From Balamuthia mandrillaris (lineage: Eukaryota), in contig JAVKOQ020000018.1 of the NCBI GenBank assembly GCA_031835245.2, forward strand, positions 62,001 to 126,000: a stretch of DNA of 64,000 nt. The letters are read 5' to 3'. This document shows positions 1-12,557 of the stretch, in pieces; within the stretch, counting starts at the first letter, position 1, and each line of letters starts with the position of its first letter. The notes below the pieces were generated by a model, which was not told the origin of the DNA, did no database searches, and saw only the letters and a program-made list of their open reading frames with translations. The translations under genes and the position numbers were made by a program.

Positions 1-261
1 CCACTGCACCGTCTTACGAAGCAAGGACCTTTCCTCCTCTGCTGCAACTTCTCCTCGTTCTGGATGGTCGTTTGTCAAGAAACGGAGCACTTTCTCTGCG
101 CCCAACCACAAAGAGAAGAAGAGCGGTGAGGCCAACAACAACAACAACGATCAGGACAAAAGAGAAGAAGACGAGGAACCGAAAGGAGGAGCTGAAGAAA
201 CAAAAGGCGCCGAGGGAGAGGATGACAGAGAAAAGGGTTGGAGAGCGAAACCCTCCGTCAT
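1..261 (-). CDS. Possible 5' end of a hypothetical protein running off the left edge
   Basis: ATG at 261, MTEGFALQPF..., a GT...GCAG intron-like segment, then an open frame to the window edge; no recognisable domain. Confidence 0.3.
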
Positions 262-474
262 GCGGATCGGCAAACGAAGGACCAACATTGTTGGCAGCAG
301 TCGAAAAGTTATTCTATCGCAACAACAGCATCAACAACAACAACAAACTAATGAAGAAGAAGAAACACAACAACAACAACAACGCGAAGAAGAAGAACAG
401 TGATGCGAATAGCTTTTTTTGTTTACATTATTTGTTGCTAATATAAATAGGAGAAAGAACAGAGAGAGAGAGGT

Positions 475-876
475 TCAGTTGACGTTCCAGCGATTGCCAC
501 ATGCCATGCAGCGATAGAAGATGGTGCTCGGCTCGTCGGCCGATCGCGTTTGCATCTGGAAAAAGTTTGCTCTCGTGTGCGAACATTTCGGACATTTTGC
601 TGTTTTCATCCACACAAAGTAAGGCCGAGACAGTGTCAGTGAAAGAGTAGAAAGAAGCAAAGAAGCAAAGTGTAAACCTTCTGTTTGCGGAGCGTTCTCA
701 AAGATCTCATCGCCCATGATGTGATCCACTTCCTTCCGCACCAAAGGCATCTTCTTGCTGATGCTTTGCTCGATGTTGAATATGTAGGGGCACGTTTGGC
801 AGTAAAACCGTAGCCTGTTGCCCGGCCCGTTTTCCACCAGCAACAGGTTCGCGCACGTTGGGCAAAACAACACCAT
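475..876 (-). CDS. POLR3K: RNA polymerase III subunit C11 (RPC10/RPC11), 2 exons
   Basis: N-terminal FCPTCANLL...FYCQTCPY zinc ribbon and TFIIS-like KCPKCSH...QMQTRSADEPSTIFYRC; 78-nt in-frame GT-AG intron at 600-677. Confidence 0.92.
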   Translation of the reverse strand: MVLFCPTCANLLLVENGPGNRLRFYCQTCPYIFNIEQSISKKMPLVRKEVDHIMGDEIFENAPQTEGLHFASLLLSTLSLTLSRPYFVWMKTAKCPKCSHTRANFFQMQTRSADEPSTIFYRCMACGNRWNVN

Positions 877-1113
877 CTTTCTTTACTCTTTCTCCCTCGG
901 TTATCTTGTTACACATTTTCCCGTGTCGACCTGACGAATACCATGTCGACACGGTTATTAAGCTTTTTACTCAAAGGAAACAGAAGGAGACATTCAGCTA
1001 CAAAAAAATGTCTATCTTTGCAGCTGCTTTTGCTTGAAGCCATTCGTTCTTTGTTTATTTACACATTGAAAAGGAGAGAGAGAGGAGAGAGAGAGAAGAG
1101 AGAGGAGAGAGAG

Positions 1114-1196
<83 letters not shown>

Positions 1197-1199
1197 ACG

Positions 1200-2219
1200 T
1201 TAGTAGGAATGTTTGTCGGCTCGGATTTGCTCGGCTCTGCCGGCAACCACCCCCTTCTCATCCCCCAGCAGCCTTCCGGTGGCCTCCCTCAGCGCTCCTT
1301 CCTGCCTCTCCCCCTCACGGCCCGGTACCGGCAGCGGCTGCTCCGTCGAGGTGATCCCAACGCGTCGAAAAGGTTGGATCACTTCTTCCTGCAGCACAAT
1401 AGGTTCTGCTCTCCTCTCGTGGAGCACCTCTCTTTCACGAATGGGTTCTCCTTCTCTTATCGTTGATGTTGTTGGATGGAGAAGAGGTGTTGTTGCGGTT
1501 GTTGCAGTGGGGATGGTTGGTTTCTCTTCCACTCGCTCAACGTACTTTTCCTCGTGAACGGGAATCCTTTTGGTGTGCATCTGCTCGACCATGGGTCCTT
1601 CCATCGTCTTGGTCTCCTCTCTCATCAGAATCGGCTCTGCCGCTGCCGCTGCCGTAGCGGTCGTCGTCGTGGTTGTAGCCACCGTCCTCTTCTCCATGAC
1701 GACAGGTTCCGTCTTCTCCACAAGAACAGGACGTTCTTCCACATGATGACGCTGATGGGGGGGATGTTCGTGAAGCATGTGCCTCTTCTCGTGCTCCGCT
1801 TCCATTTTTTTGACAGTTCCTTTCTTCTTCAAGTCGTCCTCCCTCTTATGATGATGCTCCAAATGGTGTTCATGAGGATGATGATGGTGATGCTCATGAT
1901 GTTCATGAGAGCGCCGGTAAGACTCATCTTTGCTCAATGGAACTGTTTGATAACCAACAAGCGGTTCTCTGTCTCTGTCCACTGGTGCAACGCCATAGGT
2001 TGTGGTGCCTTCTGTCGGCATAATTTTTGTAGTGGGCGTAGTTGATGTTAAGGACGAGTGTTCGGCCCGATGCAGGTCTTCCTTGGCTTTGCCGCGTTCC
2101 AATTGAAGTTCTCCTTTGGCTTGGAGGGTCTCCGAGCCAATGATCTTACCGATGCCTTTCTTGAGGGCTCCCATGCTTTCATCCCATTTGGCACCGTGTG
2201 TTCCGCCGCCTTCGCTCAT
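1200..2219 (-). CDS. Hydrophilic His/Glu/Thr-rich protein with CsbD-like segments at both ends
   Basis: Single exon from MSEGGG; GALKKGIGKIIGSETLQAKG and GALREATGRLLGDEKGVVAGRAEQ resemble CsbD/stress-hydrophilin repeats; central poly-His region. Confidence 0.6.
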   Translation of the reverse strand: MSEGGGTHGAKWDESMGALKKGIGKIIGSETLQAKGELQLERGKAKEDLHRAEHSSLTSTTPTTKIMPTEGTTTYGVAPVDRDREPLVGYQTVPLSKDESYRRSHEHHEHHHHHPHEHHLEHHHKREDDLKKKGTVKKMEAEHEKRHMLHEHPPHQRHHVEERPVLVEKTEPVVMEKRTVATTTTTTATAAAAAEPILMREETKTMEGPMVEQMHTKRIPVHEEKYVERVEEKPTIPTATTATTPLLHPTTSTIREGEPIREREVLHERRAEPIVLQEEVIQPFRRVGITSTEQPLPVPGREGERQEGALREATGRLLGDEKGVVAGRAEQIRADKHSY

Positions 2220-2300
2220 TTTGTGTTCTATTTCTTTCTTTCTATTTTTTTTGTGTTTTTTGTTTGAGTTTAAAGAAAAGAAAAAAGAAAACGAAAGAGA

Positions 2301-2338
<38 letters not shown>

Positions 2339-2730
2339 AACGAGAGAACGCGGGAACGTACGAAAAGATGTATCGTTGAAGCTTGTTCTGTTCAGTTTGT
2401 ATTTGAAAAATAAAAACGACTGAATGAAGGAACGATGGAATAACAAAGAACACAGGAGACAGAGAGGTATTGAAACGTACCTTAAATTAGTTTCTTTCAC
2501 TTTTCTCGAATGTTGCTGTTGTTTTGCATTGAATAACACTTTATAAGAGAAGAAAAAATAGATAAAAAGATAAAGAAAAGAAGAAAAGGAAGATGAGTAA
2601 GAAAAATACAGATTTTTCTTATCTTTGTAATCCTGTTTGACGAGAGAGAAAATACAAGGAAAGAAAGTGGAAAGAAAGGAGAAAGTAATATCCTGTGATA
2701 GTTTTGATGCTTTTAGGCGACGAATCCTTC

Positions 2731-3490
2731 TTAGTGTGTAAGAATACCTTCATAGTATTTCTTCTTGTAACCACCCCATGCCGATGGATCTTTTGTATAT
2801 GTATATCCTTTAAATGAAACTCTGTTTATGTTCCTATAGTCAGTATTGCAGGAGGAAGGAAGAAGAACAAAAAAAAGATGAAAGGGAAGGTGAAAGAAGA
2901 AAAATGGAAAAAGGGAGCAGAAACAAACCTTCCATCGTCGTCCCTCTTGAACTGACCTGTGAAGGTGACCGCATCTCCGACCTTTAGAGTTCCTTTCCCT
3001 TCCATATGGTCTTGTTTTTGGTTGTGTTTTGTTTTAAAAAAATCCAAACCCCACAAAAACAAAAACAAAATACAAACCATCGTGCCATTCGCCAGTATAA
3101 ACATATTTGCTGGTCTCCAAAGTGCCCTCTCCATGCTTGCGTCCCTTATAAAAAGTTCCAACGTATCGCACCGTCTCCTCGCTGCGTTCATGTCGTTGCT
3201 TCCAAACCAAGGTGCCTCTCCCGTGCCAACGCCCCTTCTTGTACTCCCCTTTGTAGATATGCTTTGTGGTGGTCTCCTGGCCAAACCCATCCGGCAAGCC
3301 GTTCTTGTAGGTTCCTTTGTAGGTGCGGCCGCTCATGAGAGACTGATGAGAACCTTCTCCGTTCCAGTTTTTCAAGTACTTTTTTTTCGTTGTTATCGTT
3401 TAAATAAACGGAGAAAAGGCAAAGAAAATGACAAGGAAGAGAAGGAACAATCAAAGCAATAGATGGAGATGGAAAAGGAAGGAAGAGGGA

Positions 3491-3539
<49 letters not shown>

Positions 3540-4965
3540 ACACATACATGCTTGAGAGCATGAAAATACCCGTATCCAAACAAAGCGCCACCAATATGAG
3601 CAGCATGATCAAGTCCCAACTTTAGCCTTCCCAACATTCCGATCACATCAAAGGCTAACACTGCCGTCGTAACGTTTATAGCAGGCCAGGCAAAGGGAAG
3701 AAAGATGATTCCCAAATGTGTGTCTGGGAAGGCTAAAGCGTACGCCCAAAGAACGGCAAACAAGCATCCGCTCGCTCCCTTTGATCAAAAAAAGAAAAGA
3801 AAACATTGACATTAACTAATGCCAACAGAAAAAAGATATAAACATAGAGAAGACAAGAGCAGGTCACCAGAGAAGGGATTGTACTCCCAAACTTGAGCTT
3901 ATGTGCCAAACTAGCAGCAGAAGCAAAGAATCCTCCACCAAGGTATAACGAAAGAAAGCTCGTTCGGTCCATATGGTTGTGAAGTTCAGAGCCAAAGGCG
4001 TAGAGGCCGTACATGTTGAGGCCCATGTGCATCACCGTCATATGGGAAAACGCTGGCAATGAGGAGAGTGAACAAAGAGAAACAGCGAAAGAAAGAGGAA
4101 AAGAAACAACAAAAGAGAAAGAGAAAACGACGAAAGATGAACGACGAAACAGAAACGACAAAAGAGAAATGAGAAAAAGGGGTGATGTTTACCTGAAGAA
4201 AGAATAGTATGAAAGCGTTTCGCCTTTACGTTCTCAACGGAGAGCAAAAAATGCCTCTGCATGAACAGAGCCACTCTCGGGTTGAAGAATTGGCCGTACT
4301 TCCACGCCCCAAAGACGGCCGTGTTGGCCAGGAGAAGAGCGTAAATGGTCTGTTGGCTGGCGGGAAGCTCGTGCCACCTCTCCACAAAGGTCTTTGCCGG
4401 TTGATCTTTGGTTCTGTTCTGTTCGTTCTTGAGCTGAGCGAGGGCTTCTTCCTTGGACAACAACGTCTTGTTCTTCTCCTCTGCGGAGGAAGAAGAAGAA
4501 GAAAAGATTTGAGGAAAAAGAGTAGAGCCTGCGGCGTGAATGACGATCTCATCGTCGTCGTTGTCTTTTACTTTGTTGTTGTCGTCTTCGTCCTCTTCCT
4601 TCTTTTTGGTGGCGCTGAGAACTACGCCGCCAGCAGCTAATAGAAGAGCAGCGCTGTAAGTGGCAGTAGTGGTAGCGGTGGCGGAAGAAGATGAAGAAGC
4701 GATGCCGTAGCGTTTGGCAAAAGAAGTAGTGGATTGGCGAAGGCGAGAGAGTGTGGAGAAGGAAGAACAAGGAGAACAAGGGACTCTCATCGGATATCTA
4801 CGCAGCAAGAACGAACTCGTTTGTTTTGGATGGCTCTGCAGAGATGGAAGAGGGAAAAAAAATTCAGAGACATCAGAAACAAATGATAAACAAACGCAAA
4901 AATATATATAAAAATGGAACACATGCCCATAAAGGCAGGCCAGCGCTTCTGAATGAAGGAAACAT
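2731..4965 (-). CDS. PARL/Pcp1-type rhomboid protease with C-terminal MORN repeats (multi-exon)
   Basis: LLLANTAVFGAW, FSHMTVMHMGLNMYGL, GASG catalytic Ser motif across a splice, DHAAHIGGALFG catalytic His; spliced in frame (intron 3379-3547) to YKGTYKNGLPDGFG/YKGEYKKGRWHGRG/YVGTFYKGRKHGEG MORN repeats; start codon uncertain. Confidence 0.75.
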
Positions 4966-5278
4966 GTTTTGCCTTGTACCCAAGCAACCCCCTATGTGCT
5001 GCTCCCCAAACCCTACCCGCACGCACGTCTGACCTTTCTTCTTAGGTCCTTCTGGTTGATTTTTTTTTTGTTGGTAGTTTTTCTTTTCCTGGAACTCTTG
5101 TGTCGTCATGAAAACAATTTCATCCCTTCCACCAATGGGAAATCAAACGTCAAACAAGCTGGAGAGAGAAGAAAGTAAATGGGGACGAGGAAGCGAGAAA
5201 GAGAAGCGAGAGAGAAGATTTGTTTGTTTCAAGTTTTATATTTTATAATCACAGTTCTTTCTTACAAAAAACTACAGC

Positions 5279-6448
<1,170 letters not shown>

Positions 6449-6769
6449 TTATAACAAAAGAAAAATAAAAAAAAGGATGCGCTTAAATAGGTTTGTTGGC
6501 GGTAAGGCAATACTTTAGGCAATAGACGTGGACCAATCGGCGCGCGAGAATTCGGTGGGGAAATAATACTGCGCGCTACTGCGCGCTCGGCAAAATGAAA
6601 CGAGCCATACTGCGCGCTCCCGCAGTTTGAAATTTCTTAACGATCGGCATGCTTTATTAGGATAATTCTACCGGGAAACGTAGATCGCATGTGCTGCACC
6701 TCCTCTGCAGCATTGCTGCACCAACAGTCAAACTTGTCTTCAAAAAAACAAAGCAAAGAGAAAAATAAG

Positions 6770-8644
6770 ATGGAAGGAAACAAACCCGAAGAACGCCGAC
6801 ACTTTGGAGGGGTGGTCTACAAGGATGCGGCTGGTGAGGTCACAGTATACGCCACCAAAGCCTGCGAGCAAATGGTGCACCAACTGAAAGCCAAGAAAAA
6901 GAAAAAGACAAAGACGAGCGAACAGAAGGACAAGCAGAAGGAGAAGGAAGCGGAAGCAAAGCAAGTGCATTCCTTCTCCAGGAGAGGGTTTGGCTGGTCC
7001 GGCCTCCTCGCCGCTGCCTCTTCCAAGAAAGACCACAGTGGTGGCCCCACCTCCTTTTGGGTATGCAGCGACAACTGGTCTTCGGCCCTGTTCAAGGTCA
7101 ACTTCTCCACCGGCAGCTGCACCGAATACCCGCTGAACGAGAAGCATTCCGACTTAGAGGGCATGTCGCCTGTTCCCTTGAATGAGCTTCACGACTCTGA
7201 CGCTCTTTCCACGGAGCTCGTCAAAGAGGTCTTCGTCATTGCCGGCTCTTCCTCCATCAACAAAACAGGTCAACACTCGACTCGCGTTCGTAATCGACTG
7301 TCTTTGGTGGTTCTTCCTAGAAAGAGAAAGGGTGAAAAGAAGCACAAGAGGAAGCTGGTGGAAGGAGAGCAGCTGTTCACTTGGGAGCACGTTCGAGAGA
7401 AGATCTATGAAACGTTGGAAGCGGAGGTGGCTGCCAACCGCCTCAACTGCGAGGTCCAAAGAGAACTGGCCGCCAAGAAAGGAGGAGTTGACATCGAAGG
7501 CATTTGTTTCGTCCCTTCCAATCGCACTGGAACTGGTACTCGTCTTGTTGTTTCTTTCTGTCTTCTTGTTCTTCTTCTTGTTCTTCTTCTTGTTCTTCTT
7601 GTTCTTCTTGTTCTTGTTCTTGTTCTTCGTATTCTTCTTCTTGTTCTTCTTGTTCTTGTTCTTGTTCTTCTTCTTCTTCTTGTTTTCTTCTTCTTCTTCT
7701 TCTTCTTGTTGTTGTTGTTGTTCTTGTTCTTGTTCTTGTTCTTGTTCTTGTTCTTGTTCTTGTTCTTCTTCTTCTTCTTCTTCTTCTTCTTCTTCTTCTT
7801 CTTCTTCTTGTTCTTGTTTTTCTTCTTCTTCTTCCTCTTCTTCTTCTGCTACTTCGGTCTTCTCTTTTTGTTTATTCTTCGTTTCCTTTAATATTCACCT
7901 TTGTAACTTATCAAACAAACATTAAAAAAGGTTCCCACGCCCTTTTGTTGGGTATGAGAGGTCCCATCACACTGGACAAGAAGGCTCTCATCATCCCGGT
8001 AAACATTCCTCATGGCTCTCTAAAGGATCCCCAACAATGGAACCTTCAACCCCCAAAGATACTTGACTTTAACGGCTATTCCATTCGTGACATGTGCCTG
8101 TGGGTGGGTGGCGAAGGCCGTTTGTTGGTGTTGGCCGGACCCTTGTGGCAGGACAAAGCCGACTCCGCCATTACCGCTTATCCTGTTTACGCCTGCGATC
8201 TTGTGGAGGTAACGCCTTCTTGATTCCCTCTTTACTACCAGTATTCTTTGCTGCGTTTCCTCTTCACTTCTTCATTCTTTTGCTTATCTATCGTCTACTT
8301 TCGTTAATTTTTTCTGCTCTTACCAACACTTCTTGTTTTAAAAGATATGTAAACCAACAGAAGGAGCGTACGTTGTTCCATCATCCGCATACAAGCAGGT
8401 ATTGGCCATCCCAAGAATACCGATACATAAGATAGACCACATGAACCTCCGAAGGAAAGACTTTGGGGTGGAGGGAATGGAGGCCAAGCAGGCCAAAGCC
8501 CTTCGCAAGGCACTGGCAGATAATAAGGAGAAGCCCACCTCGTTCTCCTCTCCCGAGGGCATCGCCAGCTTTGGGGACGAGCTGTTGGTGTGTTGGGACC
8601 ACAACGATGCCGGACTCTACGCCACTTTCTCCGTGGCTTCATAA
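6770..8644 (+). CDS. DUF3616-like (bacterial-type beta-propeller) protein, 3 exons
   Basis: Motif order DLEGM...IAGSSS...R.RL...GVDIEGI...LLLGMRGP...ALIIP...LDFNGYSIRDM...LLVLAGP...VEGM...SPEGIA...LLVCWD matches my recollection of DUF3616; introns about 7536-7930 and 8209-8398. Confidence 0.6.
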
Positions 8645-9410
8645 GACCAGCTATTGCGCAGCAAAATGCGCACAATAGACGGCCATAGAAGAAGAAGAAG
8701 AAGAAGAAGAAGAAGAAGAAGAAGAAGAAGAAGAAGAAGAAGAACAAGAAGAAGAACAAGAACAAGAAGAAGAAGAAGAAGAAGAAAAAGAAGAAGAAGA
8801 AGAAGAACAAGAAGAAGAACAAGAACTAATCAAAAACATTGTACCATAGAAAAATAATAAGACTTACTTACTTTCTCCAGGCCCGCGATCATTTTTGCAG
8901 CAAACAAGACCAGTAGCGGGAGAGCAGCTTGATGGTTTGTTTGTCTTGCAGATTGTCTTTTGTTTAAAACAATAAGAAAGGCAAGGTGGCATGAGCAGGG
9001 ACAAATCATCACCACATGGCGGAGAGAGTGTGCGATGTGAGTTTTTTTTGCTTTATTTTTCTTGTTTACAATATGCAAAGAAGTGGGGAAGAACAGCAGC
9101 TGGGCTGAAATGGTTTGTAGCTGGTGTGAGCGGGAATGGTACCATTTGGGTGAGCTGCAGGAGCAGGACAAAGCATTGGGAGGATATGACCGGTCTGGGT
9201 TTGCAGGCACGCTTCCTTACTGCTGGTGTGTGGCCCTCTCCGCACTGCAATGCGGACGGAAACTGTGTGAGTGATTCACAATCGGGAGTCAACCAGTAGG
9301 CATACGCACATTAGCGCTTGCCTGTTTTCTTCCAAAGACTCTGCAGTGGCCACAGGGCGAAGGGTGGGGGCGAGTAAGGTCCTAGTCAGCACCTCCATTC
9401 GCGCATCAAG

Positions 9411-9509
9411 TGCGTCCAGTTTTGCGTTGGTACCTTCTACCGCTGCGTCCAGTTTTGCGTTGGTACCTTCCACCGCTGCGTCCAGTTTTGCATTGGTACC
9501 TTCCACCGC
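9411..9509. repeat. 33-bp tandem repeat x3 (encodes 11-residue AAVEGTNAKLD)
   Basis: tgcgtccagttttgcgttggtaccttc(t/c)accgc repeated three times. Confidence 0.95.
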
Positions 9510-9923
9510 TGCCGTTAGCCCGTCGAGCTTGCGATTAATGTCTTGCAAAAGCTGGGTAGGATAGAATGAGTTGTTGGGCCGAGCAAGTAAACACAACACT
9601 GAAAAAAACTTACGTCGTTTGTGGTCATGACGTTCTCCACAGCGTCTGCTATGCTGTCGAAAGGGAATCGGCTGACCTCGTCCGCTACTTCATCCAAGGG
9701 AAACTCGGCCACTGTTCTAGCCAATTTCCCCAGCTTTTTAATCCCTAAGGCCGCTCTCTTGTTCTGGTCTTCAGAGGTCTGCCCCTCGTCTACTTCTTTC
9801 TCCTTCTCCCCCTCGCTACGAGGTCGCTTTCTTCCTCCTTGCTGTTGTTGGTGCTCTTGCCCCTCCTTCGACAGAAAGAAATTAACAAGCCGTTGGACGA
9901 TCTCCGGCTTGTTCCCTTCGTCG

Positions 9924-10053
9924 GAGCGCTACTTTCGCTCCCCTATTTTGCATCACTCACTCTTTTTTCCCTGCACGACCCTGTTCCGTTTGGACTTGGT
10001 TGTTTTTATTTTCTCTTCTGCTTCTCTCAAAATACCACGCGGGGTTAGCGCTC
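9924..10053. mobile_element. MITE-like insertion with short terminal inverted repeats and target-site duplication
   Basis: GAGCGCTA...TAGCGCTC termini (extendable to CGGAGCGCTA/TAGCGCTCCG), flanked by CGTCG at 9919-9923 and 10054-10058; removing 135 bp restores the host reading frame. Confidence 0.65.
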
Positions 10054-10624
10054 CGTCGGAGATGCCCACCGCCAGGCACAGCGGCCTCAAAAAGTCCAAG
10101 GTGGCAGCACGGAGCTTCGCTTCCGGTATGATCATCCCCTTTTTGCTTCCCTTTTCGTCGAGGCACACCCCAACACACTAATTGCCCCTCGTATTGGTTT
10201 TGCTGTGATAGCGTTGAAGGCCTTTGAGGATGGGCAAAAGCTTGCGTGATCTTGATCATCCCCCATGGACCTCCTTGTCTCTCGCTCTATGGGACCACAG
10301 ACATCACCAACTTCAAGCGCATCTCACACTGCCTTTGTTCACTAAACAACACAGGACATACGCTCCACATGGGAGCCCTGAGAAGACACCAGATGCAGAA
10401 GGAGGTAAACACAATGGCCACGCTGCTCATGGGTGGGCGGGTGGGCAATCTCCCGCACGAAGACCTCCACAATCACTCCGAACTAAAGCAAACTGAGACA
10501 CGAAACTGTCTCCTCCCTGCTACTGCCTGCCACGCAACCACCCAGCCAATCATCCCTTGCCACGCATCCAGCCAGTGTCTCCTCGTCCTATGGGAACCTC
10601 GATTCTTGCTTGCAGAATCACTGA

Positions 10625-10706
10625 GTGCGGATGGCCGAGCGGTCTAAGGCGCTGGTTTAAGGCACCAGTATCTTCGGATGCGTGGGTTCAAATCCCACTT
10701 CGCACA
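10625..10706 (+). tRNA. tRNA-Leu (anticodon AAG)
   Basis: Cloverleaf: acceptor GTGCGGA/TTCGCAC, D-arm GCCGAGCGGTCTAAGGC, anticodon stem CTGGT/ACCAG with loop TTAAGGC, long variable arm, T-arm GTGGG-TTCAAAT-CCCAC; oligo-T Pol III terminator at about 10710-10716. Confidence 0.96.
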
Positions 10707-11387
10707 ACATTTTTTTGTTTTGGCTTCCCCTCCTTATCTTCGATCAGTTTATCGGATATTTATCCGCTCCACCATTGGATCCTCGCTTTGAAATAATAAG
10801 CCGATAGCAAATAAAAAGCCCGAAGGAACAACCCGCGGGTGCGTTCGTTGCAACAGCGCTTCCGTCGCCGCTACGTCGGTGGGCCGAGGAGGAGGAGGAG
10901 GGAGGTGGAAAAGTTAGAAGACTGGCAGTTTTTTTGCCAACCTTCAAAACAAGAGCAGAAGAGGAGGTGAGAAAAAAAAAAAAAAAAGAGAGAACAGACA
11001 ACACCCAGCAAACAAAAAATAAAAAACCAAAGCCAACCAACTCAGGTTAGCTGTACAGGTGTGGTTGTGTGTTTTGTTTTATTTCGGTCAACCATTTTTT
11101 TTTTGGGGGTTGTTGGGCTACCCCTGTTTTTGCTTGTTTGTGATAAATTGGTCCTGTTGGCCCCAGCGAGCAAGCAAAGAAAAGTTGAAAAAATAACATA
11201 GCATACCGCAGGGAATAACTCTTTTGTTTTTCTCGATTTGCCACCCACTGTACGTACCCTTTGTTGTGTTGTGTTTTTGTTTCTTTCTACGCACTTTCAC
11301 CAACACCCTGCACCCTTTCGTTTTTATCTTCTCTAAAACACGCTGTTTTCAGTTCTTTTTCTTTCACGAGCAGTGTCTCAGATTGAT

Positions 11388-11961
11388 ATGAAGAAAGAGG
11401 CCAGCAGCGGAGAGGGGAGAAGGCACTCTTTGGCGGTGACCAGCAGCAATGGCAATGGAAGCACCAGCGGCAACGACTCTGGCAGCAACCAGGCCAGCGC
11501 GTCGGGCTCGCTGCGGATGAGACGACCCTCCACGGCCTCTCCGGTGCTGCCGGCTCGCACCGCCGCCAAAGCCTCCACAGGGGGAGGCAAGAAGAACAGC
11601 GCTGGCGAGGAGGTGCTGTTGGGCTCCAGCCCCACCCGACTGTTGGAGGTGATGGAGAGCAGCAACGCCAACCAGAAGAGCAACAAGAGCCCAAATGTGA
11701 GCGGCAACCTGACCTCCACTGCTTCCTTGAGGAAGGTGAGCAAGAAGGAAATGGATCAGGCCACGATACTCAGTGTGAAGTTTGGACTCCCGGAAGAGGA
11801 TGTGTCGGATCCTGTTAAGCGTACGTATTGCAGTGAGAGGAAAGAACGTTGTGCGCAGGAACTCATTTACTTGTTCAACAACTTACAGCTCCTATTCACT
11901 GCGTATGGCACACTGGTATTCTGCACCACGGGTTCTCTCTCTCTCTCTCTCTCTCTCTCCC

Positions 11962-11992
<31 letters not shown>

Positions 11993-12301
11993 CCCGCTTT
12001 CTCTCTCTCTCTCTCTCCTCTTCTCTCTCGCGCTCTCTGCTCTTCCTTTTTTGTTTTACTGACATCCAAACTACTCAACAGCAATCTTTACATATTCCCC
12101 AACTTTGTCTGTTTCGCTTCCAGTTCAAACCGTATCAAGGTTCGCAAGAGCACCAGCAAGAAAGAAAGATTCACATTCAATCAACATGAGTATTGACTTG
12201 TTTTCCTTTCCAGAAAACGGTAGCCTTCAGCGAGATCAGTGCCATAGAGCTGCAACCACATTCTATTCGTCTCACTTACACCAAAGACAACAAAGAGCGA
12301 A

Positions 12302-12342
<41 letters not shown>

Positions 12343-12513
12343 AGCTTGTTTAACACTTTTTTTTTGTTCAGTGCAAAGTGAGCCATTTCACACATCGCAT
12401 ACGAACATTTAAAATCCTCTATCTCGTTTGGAGATATGCCCAAGGAGACACAGTACGCATCCCTTCGTTTATCATTAATGCCGTTTTCCAAACTTCTTAT
12501 TTCTTATTCATCC

Positions 12514-12557
<44 letters not shown>

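Larger units (their letters stand above)
9276..10135 (-). pseudogene. SAP-domain + coiled-coil-repeat protein disrupted by a 135-bp insertion
   Basis: KLRAATLDFLRPLCLAVGISD and EGNKPEIVQRLVNFF join into a SAP-like motif once the insert is removed; canonical GTAAGT...CAG intron leads to AAVEGTNAKLD repeats; 3' end uncertain. Confidence 0.5.

Noticed and set aside
7182..8223. Poly-Leu/Phe/Ser ORF extensions suggesting membrane proteins
   Set aside because: Translation through a (CTT/GTT)n intron of the DUF3616-like gene
9411..9509. CRISPR-like 33-bp repeats
   Set aside because: No spacers; length is a multiple of 3 and it encodes a coiled-coil repeat
10200..10620. tRNA-targeted retrotransposon upstream of tRNA-Leu
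   Set aside because: No RT, endonuclease or integrase motif, poly-A tail or TSD recognised
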